IMG/VR virus record: IMGVR_UViG_3300042289_000986
Coordinates: 62,001-126,000 of that record
DNA length: 64,000 nt
Strand: one strand, 5' to 3'
How positions within the stretch are numbered: position 1 is the first letter of the stretch; each line of letters opens with the position of its first letter. The notes below the pieces were generated by a model. The model was not told the DNA's origin, made no database searches, and saw nothing but the letters and a program-made list of their open reading frames with translations. The position numbers were made by a program, and so were the translations under genes. Below, piece by piece: positions 44,799-56,244 of the stretch.

Positions 44799-47288
44799 AT
44801 GGCAACAAGAACAATAGCATCACCTGGTGTACAAATAAATGAAATTGATCTCAGTATTATTTCCAGACCAATCGGTTTAACAGACGTATTCATTACTGGA
44901 TTTGCTGATCAAGGCCCAACTGAAGATTTTGTTAGTATTGGAAGTCTTTCTGAATTTGAACAAGTTTATGGAAGTCCAAAAAATGCAGCAGAAAGATATC
45001 TTTATCATTCTGCAAAACAAATTTTATTAAATTCACCTGCTAACCTTTTAGTTTCCAGAATGCCTTATGGATCTGGTGGTGGTGAAGGGTACTCCAATCA
45101 ATATAGTGCTTTGGTATTTCCTATCAGAAACCAAGGTGTGGGTAGTAATATATTTGGGGTAACTACTATTACAGTTCAAACAAATGGAAGTGGGTTTACA
45201 ACAATTCCAAGTATTGAAATTGTTGGTGGTGGACCAAATGGAACAAACCCACCAATAAAAGCTACAGCAAGAGCAGTGATGGGTCTTTTTAGTGGTCTTT
45301 CGGGTGTGGCAGCAATTGAAATTACTAATCCTGGATATGGGTATGTTACAGCACCATCCGTTCAAATAATAGGCGGAACTCCATCTATCGCCGCAGTTGC
45401 TAATGCAACTATTTCATTAATTGGACAGGTTACAAATAACTATGAAACAAGTTTAAGTTATGTTTTAGAAGAACCGATTTCAATGCTTCTCACAGAAGAG
45501 CAATATGAAAAACTTGTACAAAATGATATTCGTTGGTTTTCTTCATATAGTCCAACAATTAATGGATTCGATGAAATTGGTAAAGCTGGTTTAATTATTC
45601 TAAATAATTCCAAAACAACAGTCAATAATTTATATGAAGGATATTATATCAGTATTGCTGATAATTCAGAAGTAAATCCTGCAACCGATTATACGGCTGT
45701 AACTGGTGTTAAATCTGTTAATACAATTAATAACAATCAAACACAATCTTATATTTCTATTCCACAAACAAGATTAAATTTTAGCTTGACACAATCATAC
45801 TCTTCATTTGGAGGAACCAGTATTTCACAAACAATTGAAAATTATCCAATTGGATATGATTTTGGAACAAGATCGTTTAATGATAGTTTATTAATTACTT
45901 TATTCAAAATTAATTCGAATCAATATGGTCAAGATACTGTAACTTTAGATTATAGTGTTGCCGAAGGATTTGCTGGATCTCTTTATTCAAAGAGAACTCA
46001 GAATAATCCTGGTGGCGGAACACCAGATAGCTTTTATATTGATACTGTAATCAATAACTCTTCAAATAATTTGAAAGTTTTCACAAATCCATATATTTCC
46101 ACAAGAGGATCTTGGATTTCTGATGATGGTAATCCTACTAAATCAATTAGAGTTTCTGGTGCTGCTAAAAATCTTTATTCAATAGGTGTTTATACATCTG
46201 ATACAGATTTTTCAGCTAAAGAAGTAGGAAACGTTCCTCTTAAATTACAACGCATTTTAAGAAAAATCGAAAATGATGATGAGATGAACATCGATGTTGT
46301 AGCTGAATGTGGTTTATCAACCATATGGGCTGGTGCTAGAATGCGCTCATTAGATCCTACTATTGAAGATACTAGAACAATATTTGATGAGACATATAAT
46401 GTAAACATTAGTACCATTAAATCTACTAATGGTTCAGCACCAACTGGTACTTTATATCAGTCTTATATTGATGTTGTTAATCAGTTCGTAGTTTTAGCAG
46501 ATAAAACCAAAAAAGATCATGTGTTTATTGCTGATCCTTTAAGATATATATTTGTTCAAGGTGAAAACTCAAAAACAAGCGAAAAACAAAATTACATATT
46601 CTCAACAGACATTTATTGGCCTCTAAAAAATATTTTTAGTTCTGTACAAAGTAGTTATGTAGCTGCTTATGGAAACTGGCTTAAAACAAATGATATAGTA
46701 ACAAATAAACAAGTTTGGGTTCCAAACTCTGGATATATTGCTGCTGTTTTTGCTGAAACATCACAGGCAGCATTCCCTTGGTCTGCACCTGCTGGTTTTA
46801 ATAGAGGTACATTAAATAATGTAACAGATATCGGTGTTAATCCAACACAGAAACAAAGAGATCTATTGTATAAAATGAATGTCAATCCTATTGCATTTTT
46901 CTCAAATGACGGATATGTCATTTATGGACAAAAAACAATGTATCGTAAACCATCTGCATTTGACAGAGTTAACGTTCGTAGATTGTTCCTTACACTTGAA
47001 AAAGAAACACAAGCATTGCTTAAATACTTTGTGTTTGAACCAAATACTTTTGCTACACGCAACAGATTAAAGGGTGCATTGATTCCTACATTTGACAAAG
47101 CAAAATTAAACGATGGTCTTTATGATTATCAATTAATTTGTGATGAAAGAAACAATACAGCAGATGTAATCGACAATAACGAATTAAAAATTTCGATTTA
47201 CATTAAACCAGTAAGAACTGCTGAATTTGTATTAGCAGACTTCATCGCCACAAGAACAGGAATTGATTTCGCTGAACTTAATGGTTAA
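44799..47288 (+). CDS. Tail sheath protein (gp18-like)
   Basis: SPGVQINEID; PWSAPAGFNRG; YGQKT; AFDRVNVRRLF; FEPN; IKPVRTAEF. Confidence 0.96.
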   Translation: MATRTIASPGVQINEIDLSIISRPIGLTDVFITGFADQGPTEDFVSIGSLSEFEQVYGSPKNAAERYLYHSAKQILLNSPANLLVSRMPYGSGGGEGYSNQYSALVFPIRNQGVGSNIFGVTTITVQTNGSGFTTIPSIEIVGGGPNGTNPPIKATARAVMGLFSGLSGVAAIEITNPGYGYVTAPSVQIIGGTPSIAAVANATISLIGQVTNNYETSLSYVLEEPISMLLTEEQYEKLVQNDIRWFSSYSPTINGFDEIGKAGLIILNNSKTTVNNLYEGYYISIADNSEVNPATDYTAVTGVKSVNTINNNQTQSYISIPQTRLNFSLTQSYSSFGGTSISQTIENYPIGYDFGTRSFNDSLLITLFKINSNQYGQDTVTLDYSVAEGFAGSLYSKRTQNNPGGGTPDSFYIDTVINNSSNNLKVFTNPYISTRGSWISDDGNPTKSIRVSGAAKNLYSIGVYTSDTDFSAKEVGNVPLKLQRILRKIENDDEMNIDVVAECGLSTIWAGARMRSLDPTIEDTRTIFDETYNVNISTIKSTNGSAPTGTLYQSYIDVVNQFVVLADKTKKDHVFIADPLRYIFVQGENSKTSEKQNYIFSTDIYWPLKNIFSSVQSSYVAAYGNWLKTNDIVTNKQVWVPNSGYIAAVFAETSQAAFPWSAPAGFNRGTLNNVTDIGVNPTQKQRDLLYKMNVNPIAFFSNDGYVIYGQKTMYRKPSAFDRVNVRRLFLTLEKETQALLKYFVFEPNTFATRNRLKGALIPTFDKAKLNDGLYDYQLICDERNNTADVIDNNELKISIYIKPVRTAEFVLADFIATRTGIDFAELNG

Positions 47289-47322
47289 TCAAAAATATAG
47301 AATAAGGAGATAAATATAATAT

Positions 47323-47865
47323 ATGGCAGGATTACTCGAACAACAAGGAATTGAAAACTTCTACGATAGTGCAATTGCTAATGATTTTGCGCGTCAGAAT
47401 TTATTCAGAGTCGTATCTCTCGGAGGAGTTAGATTCACAACAGACGAATTGGTTTATGTAACCAGTACAACATTGCCAGGACGCGCAATAACAAACGTTC
47501 AGGTCCCATTTATGGGATTGGTATTTAACGTTCCTGGAACAGCTAACTACCCAAACAGTAGTGGTTGGCAGGTAACGTTTAGAGTTCCTCAAAGTTTATC
47601 AATTAGAAGAAAATTTGAAGAATGGACACAACAAGTGTTCAATGATGAAGATAGTACGGGTGCGTATGACATTCCAAGTAAAGATGCTTCAAATCAAGTT
47701 ATATTAACATTAATTGATAAACAAGGAAACCCTCTTCGCACTTACACCTTATTCGGTGCTTATTGCCAAGCTGTAGGAGATTTAACAGTAAACTTAACAA
47801 GTGCTGGAGAAATCCTCGAACAACAAGCAACGTTGGCTTATCAATATTGGAGATTATCTCGATAA
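47323..47865 (+). CDS. Tail tube protein (gp19-like)
   Basis: ARQNLFRV, TLPG, VPFMG, WQVTF, LAYQYW; follows sheath. Confidence 0.88.
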   Translation: MAGLLEQQGIENFYDSAIANDFARQNLFRVVSLGGVRFTTDELVYVTSTTLPGRAITNVQVPFMGLVFNVPGTANYPNSSGWQVTFRVPQSLSIRRKFEEWTQQVFNDEDSTGAYDIPSKDASNQVILTLIDKQGNPLRTYTLFGAYCQAVGDLTVNLTSAGEILEQQATLAYQYWRLSR

Positions 47866-47891
47866 TATTATAATCCGCCATAAATAGTATT

Positions 47892-48617
47892 ATGGCAGTA
47901 CTACCAGCAATAGCGGCTAATAACCGTAGTCCATATTCTTATTATTTAGATCTTTTAGGAAGTTGGCCTACTGGAATAGCTTTAGCTAGTCAGTGGTTGA
48001 TTTATTTTGATTTTAGTTCAGTAAATGCACTTAGAAATAATTTTCAACAAAGACTTACAAATCGAGAAAGTGGAACGGCATGGTCTTTAAACGAAAACGT
48101 TACTAAAACACTATTAGATGGAAAGTACCAATATACCACAAATATAATGACGGGTTGTGTGTTTGCTAGACAAGTTACTCTTCCTAGTGAAACTATAAAT
48201 GGTGGAAATGAAGGATTAACGTATGGTGGATTTCAAGCACCTGCGACATTAAACAATCGAGATAAATATCCTAGTTTAAACGTTACCTTTTTAGAAACAA
48301 ATGCTTCTTTTCTAGATTTAATTATTCGTCCTTGGTTAATTACGGTTGGTTATAATGGTTTAGTGGCGCGATCAACTAACTCCGAAAACTATGTAAAAGC
48401 TAATTTTGCTGATGTGGTTATGTATGCAAAGACAGGTTCTTATAGAAAAATGGGTATAAGAAAAGTATATCGATTTTATAATTTGGCTCCTGTATCTATT
48501 GGCGGCGAAACTTATTCATATACAGAAGAAGGATTAAAATATTCTGAAGTTAAATTTGTGTATGATAGATATGGTATTTTAGATGAAGAAACTGGAACTT
48601 TAATGTCTTTACCATAA
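47892..48617 (+). CDS. Tube-fold baseplate/tail initiator (gp54-like)
   Basis: VTLPSE, LNVTFLET, P-x-S-I, V-x-F-x-Y. Confidence 0.6.
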   Translation: MAVLPAIAANNRSPYSYYLDLLGSWPTGIALASQWLIYFDFSSVNALRNNFQQRLTNRESGTAWSLNENVTKTLLDGKYQYTTNIMTGCVFARQVTLPSETINGGNEGLTYGGFQAPATLNNRDKYPSLNVTFLETNASFLDLIIRPWLITVGYNGLVARSTNSENYVKANFADVVMYAKTGSYRKMGIRKVYRFYNLAPVSIGGETYSYTEEGLKYSEVKFVYDRYGILDEETGTLMSLP

Positions 48618-48623
48618 ATTTAA

Positions 48624-49601
48624 ATGATGGTATTATACAACTACACAATAGATTTACCTTTCAGTAAACAAAAAGTTCATTTTAGAGAACTAAACACACA
48701 AGAACAAATTTTATTAGCTAAAGCTGGTATAAATTATGATAGTCAAATTGAATCTTTATTTTTATATTTTAATTATTTAAAAAAAATTATATCAAAATGT
48801 TTGGAAGATGAATTAATTTTAAATAAAATTAGTATTTTGGAATTTGTTTTATTAGTTTTAAAAATTAGAATGATTAGTGTGGGTGGAAAAATAGAATTTT
48901 TATTAAAAAATAAAAAAGATAAAACAAAAGTTGAAATTGATTTAAAAAAATATCTTTTAAATCTTTATAAGATTGGAGAATTTTTTGAAAATGAAAGTAA
49001 TTCACTTTTTCAAGAAAAAAATTTAGAAATTAAATTAAGTTGGCCTTCAATTAACTCTATAGATTTTTTTTATGAGTTGAACAGTAAAGACAAAAAAAAC
49101 TATGAGGTTATTCTGGATTCGTTTCATGAATATGTTGAATATATAAAAATTAAAAATAAAAAGATTATTTTTAATCAATTTTCTTCAGAAGATAAAATAG
49201 AAATGTGCAATAAAATTAGTGTAAATTTAAGAAATAGTCTTCAAGATAAAATAGTTAATGGGTTAAAAGTTTTATTTGAAAGTTTATTATTTGATATACA
49301 ACTATTTGAAGAACAAAGATTTAATTATTATAATTTAAATTTTGTCGAACATTTAAAAATGTTTTTTTCTAATGATATAAGATCTTTATACCAAGAAATT
49401 TACATTTTATCATCTTTTAATTTACCACCATCATATATATTAAATATATCACCGTCAGAAAGAAAAATATATTTTTCTATAATAGAAGAACAACAAAAAA
49501 GAAATCAAGAAAAGGGTAATGGTGGTGTTGGAGATATAACGCCAAAATCAAATCAAAATTTAGAAGATTTAGCTCTTGAATTTGGGGATACTCCTCCATA
49601 A
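48624..49601 (+). CDS. Baseplate hub assembly protein, gp26-like with gp51-like C-terminus
   Basis: YTIDLP..K.V.FREL..E; L.KIRMISVG; C-terminal YQEIYIL...ISPSERKIY. Confidence 0.7.
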   Translation: MMVLYNYTIDLPFSKQKVHFRELNTQEQILLAKAGINYDSQIESLFLYFNYLKKIISKCLEDELILNKISILEFVLLVLKIRMISVGGKIEFLLKNKKDKTKVEIDLKKYLLNLYKIGEFFENESNSLFQEKNLEIKLSWPSINSIDFFYELNSKDKKNYEVILDSFHEYVEYIKIKNKKIIFNQFSSEDKIEMCNKISVNLRNSLQDKIVNGLKVLFESLLFDIQLFEEQRFNYYNLNFVEHLKMFFSNDIRSLYQEIYILSSFNLPPSYILNISPSERKIYFSIIEEQQKRNQEKGNGGVGDITPKSNQNLEDLALEFGDTPP

Positions 49602-49614
49602 TTAGTAGTAAAGT

Positions 49615-50436
49615 ATGCAAGAAAAAGAATCTAATAACATATTAAACGTACAAGATGCGCTTAATGCATTAAGTGAAGTTTCGGAACTTTTTAAAATACA
49701 AGTCTGGGTTCCTTCTAAAAAACAGAATTATTCTTTTAAAGAAATTGACGCTAAACAACAAAAAGATTTGTTGAGTGCTGCTATGGATGATAATGTTTAC
49801 AATTTAGATTTTGTTAAAACTTTTTATAATATTTTAAAAGAAAACCTCTTAGAAAAAGATAAAAGCGAAATCGATAATTTATTAGTGGTTGATAAAATAG
49901 CGATTGCTTTGGGGTTAAGAATGCAAATTTCTCCAGAAATTTTAGTTGTTTTTGATGAAAAAAATAAAATATCTGAAAAAGTAAAACTGTCTTCAATTGT
50001 TGAAAAATTTAAAAATTATGAATGTAATTTTGAAAAAAATGCAGAAATTAAAAACGATAAAGTTGATTTAAAAGCAAAATTAACATATCCCACAATTAAA
50101 AAAGAATTAGATTATGATCTATTTTTTGGAAAATCATCCAAGAAAGCATCTGAAGTTAAAACAAGTGAAGATGTTCAAAAAATTATTTCTGAAGCATTTT
50201 TAGCTGAAATTTCAAAATATATAGACTCTATTATCATCAACCAAAGTGAAATAAATCTTAATCAAATTTCTTTTGATCAAAAAGTAAAAGTAATTGAAAA
50301 ATTACCTAGTGCTTTGATTCAAAAAATATTAGAAATAATATCTCAGTGGAAAGCATCTTTAGATGAAGTTTTAACTGTAAAACACCAAAATTACAGTAAA
50401 GCTATTACTATAGATAGCATGTTATTTTTGAGTTAA
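49615..50436 (+). CDS. Second gp26-like baseplate hub protein
   Basis: VWVPS..FKEI..KQQK.LL; D...I..LR; L.YPTI. Confidence 0.6.
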   Translation: MQEKESNNILNVQDALNALSEVSELFKIQVWVPSKKQNYSFKEIDAKQQKDLLSAAMDDNVYNLDFVKTFYNILKENLLEKDKSEIDNLLVVDKIAIALGLRMQISPEILVVFDEKNKISEKVKLSSIVEKFKNYECNFEKNAEIKNDKVDLKAKLTYPTIKKELDYDLFFGKSSKKASEVKTSEDVQKIISEAFLAEISKYIDSIIINQSEINLNQISFDQKVKVIEKLPSALIQKILEIISQWKASLDEVLTVKHQNYSKAITIDSMLFLS

Positions 50437-50465
50437 TATTAGAATAGTACTAATAAGTACTATAT

Positions 50466-52562
50466 ATGGCAAGTATCGATGATTTACTTTCTCAAGTAAG
50501 AATTGACGGATCAGTTAGTGCTAAAGATTTTATTAACAGTTTGTTAGTATCATCTGATGATCAGTTTTATCTCGATAATATTAAAAATGATTTTAAAAGA
50601 AGTTTTTTAGAACCTTTTTCTAAAAAAATAAAAGATTTAAAATTAAAAGACGTTAAAGAGGTTTTTGATCCTTTTGGTATTGCTGATCAACAAGATGATT
50701 TAAAAAAAGACATTAAAAATTATAGGGAAAAAATTAAAAAATTTTTAAATTCAAATTTTTTGTCTGATAGAGAAACTGAGGAAACCAATAAAGAAAAAAT
50801 TAAATCCTCTACTGTAAATCAAGTTTTACCTGATAAAATTCAAAGATTGCCAGAGATTGAAAATAATGAAGTTAAAGAAAAAAATATATTAGATGCAATT
50901 AAAGAAAAATTTAGCTTATTAACAAATAATATTCAACAGTTTGAAAAAGCTAAAAAATTTCAAGAACAACAAACACTAGGAGAAACAATACCACAATTTA
51001 ACTATGCGGATGAAACTAAAAAATTTTTAACAGATTTGATATTAAACAAATTAATCGAGCGTTTACCTAAAGCAGAAAAACCAAAAACACAAACACCAGA
51101 AGAAAATGAGGGTGGATTAGGGTTTTTGGGAATATTAGGATTATTAACACTATTAAAAAGATTAAAAGATGGTTTACATGCTTTAAAAATTGGATTTTTA
51201 AGATTTGTTGATGAGTTAATGAAACTGCCAGGTAGAATATGGAACGCCTTAAAAACTTTAGGATTAAAATTAAGAGATTTTAAAGCATGGTTAGAATTAA
51301 GATGGGAAAAATATGTTTCTGAACCACTTAAAAGATTGTTCAACTCACTTAAATTTGATGAACTGTTCGACTCACTAAAACTAAAATGGACTCAAATGAT
51401 TGATGATGTTAAAAAGTTTTTAAAATTTGATGATATTGCAGAATGGATAAATTTAAAATTTGAAAAATACATCAAAGGTCCAATATTATCATTAATAGAC
51501 AAATTAAGTGAGTTTAAAACAAGAGTTGTGACAATGTTTGATGATTTCATTGATATGTTTAAAGCTGGAGGAAAGTTTAGTTTTGTTGAAACTGCTATAA
51601 AGGGATTAGGTTGGCTTTTTTCAAAATTAAAAGCACCATTTGAATTATTAAAACCTTTAGGAAGACCCGTTTTAGGGTTTTTTAAAGGTTTGGGAAAAAT
51701 TTTAGGTCCTTTGGCTTTGGTAATTGATCCTGTTATAACAACAATTCAAACATTTTTTAATTTATGGGGTGATGAAAATTTGTCACCTTTACAAAAGGGC
51801 ATTGCTATCATAACAGGAATTGTAGCTAGTTTTGGTGATATTTTATTTTTTGTCATTGATATGTTATCACAAGGTGTAACGGGATTGTGGAATTTTATTA
51901 CAGGAAATGGTTTTAAAACCGAAAATCCAGTTTCAAAATGGATGAATGAGGAGTTATATAGAGGAGAAGGTGGATTTGGTGCTGGTGCCGCTATGGGTGC
52001 TGCTGAAATGATGCGAAGCTATAACAAAGATCCGAATGGAATGTTTACAGACATGGCGGAAGGTGCAATAAAGAGAGGATCGTTTGGTTTTATTGATCCA
52101 TTTAAAAATAAAGAAGCTGAAAGAAGAGAAAAACGAATGAACGAAATGGAAGAGGATGGTGTTGTCGATGATGCAGAAATGGAAGAGATTGACAGTTGGG
52201 GTACTTTACCAGTTGACGATTTTGTAAAACCTAAAGGAAAGGGTTCTTCTTTGATTGTTGATCCTCAAACGCAACAAATTTTTGAAACCTCACCAAATGA
52301 TGAAATTTGGGCATTAAAAAGTGGAGGAGTTTTAGATAAAGCTTTAGGTGAATTAAAAAATATAATGACAGATGTAAACAAAAACATTTTGTCTATGAAT
52401 AAAAATTTAGCAAATACAAAATCAGTTAATAATTCTTCTATTAACATATCAGGAGGAGCTTCAAATAATAAAGATTATTTGTTTGAAAATACTAGAGATC
52501 CTATTTTTGCGGATAGAACAAATTGGTGGAATCTTTCACAAAGGACTAGATCAACTGTCTAA
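50466..52562 (+). CDS. Putative tape-measure/hub protein (gp29-like)
   Basis: Long helical protein with periodic F/W and hydrophobic Gly-rich segments; position in tail module. Confidence 0.6.
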   Translation: MASIDDLLSQVRIDGSVSAKDFINSLLVSSDDQFYLDNIKNDFKRSFLEPFSKKIKDLKLKDVKEVFDPFGIADQQDDLKKDIKNYREKIKKFLNSNFLSDRETEETNKEKIKSSTVNQVLPDKIQRLPEIENNEVKEKNILDAIKEKFSLLTNNIQQFEKAKKFQEQQTLGETIPQFNYADETKKFLTDLILNKLIERLPKAEKPKTQTPEENEGGLGFLGILGLLTLLKRLKDGLHALKIGFLRFVDELMKLPGRIWNALKTLGLKLRDFKAWLELRWEKYVSEPLKRLFNSLKFDELFDSLKLKWTQMIDDVKKFLKFDDIAEWINLKFEKYIKGPILSLIDKLSEFKTRVVTMFDDFIDMFKAGGKFSFVETAIKGLGWLFSKLKAPFELLKPLGRPVLGFFKGLGKILGPLALVIDPVITTIQTFFNLWGDENLSPLQKGIAIITGIVASFGDILFFVIDMLSQGVTGLWNFITGNGFKTENPVSKWMNEELYRGEGGFGAGAAMGAAEMMRSYNKDPNGMFTDMAEGAIKRGSFGFIDPFKNKEAERREKRMNEMEEDGVVDDAEMEEIDSWGTLPVDDFVKPKGKGSSLIVDPQTQQIFETSPNDEIWALKSGGVLDKALGELKNIMTDVNKNILSMNKNLANTKSVNNSSINISGGASNNKDYLFENTRDPIFADRTNWWNLSQRTRSTV

Positions 52563-52570
52563 ATATTAAT

Positions 52571-53626
52571 ATGGCTAGTACTGGCGCAAATGGAATTAAT
52601 AATGCTTTTGCAAGAAACAAATTTTTTTCTGCTCAAGAAGGAAAAATGAATGTTTTAGGTTTGGATAATTTGGGACAACCATACACCAAATTAGTTCCAA
52701 AGGGATCTGGTATAGTTAATGTTTTAGAAAAAATGCATTGGAAAAATCCCGGTAGCAACAAAGAAGTTCCTAGTGTTTGGGTTACAGAAAGAGAATTATT
52801 GTATGGAACTTGGACTACAAATTTATTGCAAATTTGGAAACAAGGACAAAATTTACTTGGTGGTGGAAGTATTGACTCATATCTACAATTATATTCTGCT
52901 GAAAAAACAGGATTTGCTTACAATTTACCTTATTTAAAAGGTTCAGGGGAAAATTTAAGACAAGTTAGTAATGAATGGGTTAAAGCATCTGGACTTGCTG
53001 ATCTACTTAAAAGCAGTGCAGGTAGTGCTGGTGGTGTGGGTGATATTATCGGTGCTGGTGCTGGCGCAATCGTTGGTTCTGTATCGCCTGGTGTTGGAAT
53101 GGAGGAAACAAAACAATATGGAAACACAGCACCATTTTCTTTAGAAGTTTCTTTTCCTTTGTATAATACAATATCTTTGGAATCTGCATTTGATCATTAT
53201 TGTTTTGTTCAGCTTATAACTTTTCAAAATTTAAAAATAAGAACTTCTTTATTGACATTTATACCCCCAAAAATTTATACGGTTGATACTTTTTCTTTGG
53301 GTGGTGTTTACATGGCTGCTGCTTACATCAGTAATTTAAAAATTGATAGTATTGGAACTACTCGTAGAATGACAGATTTTTCAACATTTGGACCTACTGA
53401 AATAATAATACCGGAAGCATACAAAATTACTATAACTTTTACTGATTTAGTTTCTCCTAGTGCAAATATTTTTGCTGGAACTTTAGGAGGTTCAAAAATA
53501 GAAGTAACGAATATCGATCCTACAATACAAGCACAATTACGACAAGTACAAAATGGGGTTGGTGGTTTTGTTCGCGGTGGAGCAGCTTTGGCTGGAGAAG
53601 CAGCAGAAACCCTTTTAGGATTATAA
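52571..53626 (+). CDS. Baseplate protein (gp48-like)
   Basis: Tube-like C-terminal strands; precedes gp53-like gene. Confidence 0.5.
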   Translation: MASTGANGINNAFARNKFFSAQEGKMNVLGLDNLGQPYTKLVPKGSGIVNVLEKMHWKNPGSNKEVPSVWVTERELLYGTWTTNLLQIWKQGQNLLGGGSIDSYLQLYSAEKTGFAYNLPYLKGSGENLRQVSNEWVKASGLADLLKSSAGSAGGVGDIIGAGAGAIVGSVSPGVGMEETKQYGNTAPFSLEVSFPLYNTISLESAFDHYCFVQLITFQNLKIRTSLLTFIPPKIYTVDTFSLGGVYMAAAYISNLKIDSIGTTRRMTDFSTFGPTEIIIPEAYKITITFTDLVSPSANIFAGTLGGSKIEVTNIDPTIQAQLRQVQNGVGGFVRGGAALAGEAAETLLGL

Positions 53627-53627
53627 A

Positions 53628-53987
53628 ATGAAAAAACAAATAGATTATCCAGATTTGCCTAAACTTTCAGTTTATAGATATGAAAATTTTTTAAATATCT
53701 ATGAAGATGAGAATGGATATAAATTTTATAACTTATTAAAATCAATATCAGTTTTTCCAGCAGAAAACAGTTCTGTTGAAGAAGAATATTACACTAAACC
53801 AAATGATACTTGGGTTTATATATCTTATAAGTTTTATAATACTATTGATCTTTGGTGGTTAATTTGCGAATACAATCAAATTAAAGATGCAACAAAAAAA
53901 CCAGAAACAGGTACAAAACTAAAAATTTTAAAAAGAGAATTTGTTTGGCCTATAATATCAGAACTAAACAGACAACTTAAGCAGTAA
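53628..53987 (+). CDS. Baseplate wedge protein (gp53-like, LysM)
   Basis: DTWVYISYKFYNTIDLWWLICEYNQI. Confidence 0.8.
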   Translation: MKKQIDYPDLPKLSVYRYENFLNIYEDENGYKFYNLLKSISVFPAENSSVEEEYYTKPNDTWVYISYKFYNTIDLWWLICEYNQIKDATKKPETGTKLKILKREFVWPIISELNRQLKQ

Positions 53988-54380
53988 TAATTCATTCAAA
54001 TCAAAATAAAATCTTGCGTATATTTTTCTTTTAGATTTGTTACCGACAGTATATGAATATATTTTATTATTTATTTTAAAAATGAAATGCTTAGTCATTA
54101 ATTTTTTAAAAAATAAAATTTCAAAATCTACATCTGAATTTTTTTTAAAATATTCAATTAAATCTTTTTCAGAAATTTCTTTTAATAAATCTAAGTTTTC
54201 TAATATTTTTAATTTATCTTGGATTTTTTTCCAAAGTCCTTTTTTATCGTAAACATCCAAAAAATAAATAGGCCATTTGCTATTATAATTAGCGGTTCGA
54301 TCATTTTTTCCTAAAATGATATCAAACTCTTCATTTTTTAAAAATGATTTTTCCATTTTTCTTATAAGTATTTATTAATC

Positions 54381-56243
54381 ATGGGAAGAAAAAAAAAGAC
54401 GGATAATCCTTTAGTAGATGTCGATAGTATAACTCCAGAAGATGTTTTAGTTGATGCTTCCTTTTATAAAGGAAATGAAAATCTTTTAAGAGGAAATTCT
54501 CAGTTCAAATGGACTGATGAGATGATTGATGAATTAAAATTATGCAATAAAAGTATTTTACATTTTGCAGAAAATTATTTTTATATTACGACACTTGATG
54601 AAGGAAAAAAGAAAATAGAATTATACAAATATCAAAAACGTCTTTTAAAAGCATTTAAAGGCAATCGCTTTAATGTTGTTTTATCATCTCGTCAATCTGG
54701 AAAAACCACAACAATAACAATATATGCTCTTTGGATTGTTTGTTTTCAAAGCGATAAGAGAATTACTATTGTAGCCAACAAAGAATCAACAGCAAAAGAA
54801 ATATTTGCTCGTATCAAAATGGCATTTGAGCAATTACCAATTTGGATGAAACCAAGTGTTAAATCTTGGAGAAAGGATGGATTTCTTTTGGCCAATGATT
54901 CAGCAATTACTATTAGCACAACATCAAGTGCTGGTCCTCGCGGATCAACCAGTAATCTTTTGATTATTGATGAAATGGCTCACTGTCCAAACGAATTAAT
55001 GAAAGAGCTTTGGAAATCTGCGATTCCAATTATTTCATCTTCCAAAAAATCTCAAATTGTTGTTATTAGTACTCCAAACGGTACAGATAATAAATTTTAC
55101 GATTTATATAAAGAGTCACAAAAAGATAAAGCAGAATGGCACTGTGAAGTCGTAAATTGGTTTGATGTGCCTGGACGAGATGAAGAATGGAAAGTTCAAA
55201 CTATTGCTGCTATGGGTTCAAAAGAAGATTTTGATCAAGAGTTTGGGAATGTCTTCCATGAACCAGGTAAAACTGCAATTGATCCAGAACTTTTAGCAGA
55301 ATTAAAAAGTCAATGCAAAGAACCAATTTTAGTCATGGACAACGGAGCTTATAAAATTTTTGAGGAACCAAACCCACAAAGTTTTTATGCTATAGGTGTT
55401 GACGTTGGAGAGGGTATTGGAAGATCAAATACCGTAGCTCAAATTTTAGATGTTTCCGATTTAACTAATATTAAACAAGTGGCAATTTATTCTAGCAATC
55501 AGATGAGTCCATTTCATTTTGGTACTCGTTTAATGGGAGTTTTAGAAGATTGGGGGCGTCCACCAATACTTGTAGAAAATAACAATAATGGACAACAAGT
55601 TTTGGATGTTTTATGTCATACTCATAACTACGAATCAGTCGTTTCTTATAAATTTGAAGGGTTTAGTCAACATTATAATAATGAAAACCGATTTGGTATT
55701 CACAATCACACCAATACTAGATATAAAGGAATAACAAATTTTAGATATTGGGCAAATAGTTTAAAGGCTGTTAAACTATTTGATTTAGATACTCTTTTAG
55801 AATTGGAAACTTTTGTTCGTCTTCCAAATTATACTTTTAGTAAAAGAAAAGATGATGACTTGGATGATAGAGTATTAGCTTTAATATGGGGATTGTTTAT
55901 ATTAGATCCATCAATAGCGGTAAAATATTATCAAATAATAGATACAGACGACCAAGGAAGACCTTTAAAAATACAACCAATTGTTGATAATAGTGAATTA
56001 ATTAAAAAAAGTCCATTATGTAGCGGAAAAGCTTCTACATTTAAAAAATCTATAAACCCAAATGCTTCGTTTTCTTTTGTTGGAAAAATTGAAGAAAATA
56101 AAGTAATGGGATTAGACGAGGAAGCTGCTTCCCTTCAACAGTGGCTTTTAAATTGGAATAATCCACCACCAAAATCAACAGAAACTGACAATTCGGATAA
56201 GTTATATAATAAGGATAACTACCAACCAGTGATATTATTTTAA
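54381..56243 (+). CDS. Terminase large subunit (gp17-like)
   Basis: SRQSGKTT, LIIDE, ISTPNG, FDQEF, GVDVGEG, DDRV. Confidence 0.96.
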   Translation: MGRKKKTDNPLVDVDSITPEDVLVDASFYKGNENLLRGNSQFKWTDEMIDELKLCNKSILHFAENYFYITTLDEGKKKIELYKYQKRLLKAFKGNRFNVVLSSRQSGKTTTITIYALWIVCFQSDKRITIVANKESTAKEIFARIKMAFEQLPIWMKPSVKSWRKDGFLLANDSAITISTTSSAGPRGSTSNLLIIDEMAHCPNELMKELWKSAIPIISSSKKSQIVVISTPNGTDNKFYDLYKESQKDKAEWHCEVVNWFDVPGRDEEWKVQTIAAMGSKEDFDQEFGNVFHEPGKTAIDPELLAELKSQCKEPILVMDNGAYKIFEEPNPQSFYAIGVDVGEGIGRSNTVAQILDVSDLTNIKQVAIYSSNQMSPFHFGTRLMGVLEDWGRPPILVENNNNGQQVLDVLCHTHNYESVVSYKFEGFSQHYNNENRFGIHNHTNTRYKGITNFRYWANSLKAVKLFDLDTLLELETFVRLPNYTFSKRKDDDLDDRVLALIWGLFILDPSIAVKYYQIIDTDDQGRPLKIQPIVDNSELIKKSPLCSGKASTFKKSINPNASFSFVGKIEENKVMGLDEEAASLQQWLLNWNNPPPKSTETDNSDKLYNKDNYQPVILF

Positions 56244-56244
56244 T

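Noticed and set aside
40045-53127. Antisense and alternate-frame ORFs in the track (e.g. 40045, 40402, 44138, 45048, 51002, 52930)
   Set aside because: Nested opposite well-supported genes; compositions mirror sense-strand codon bias
34721-56243. Inteins or introns in nrdJ and terminase
   Set aside because: Both have normal length and contiguous motifs
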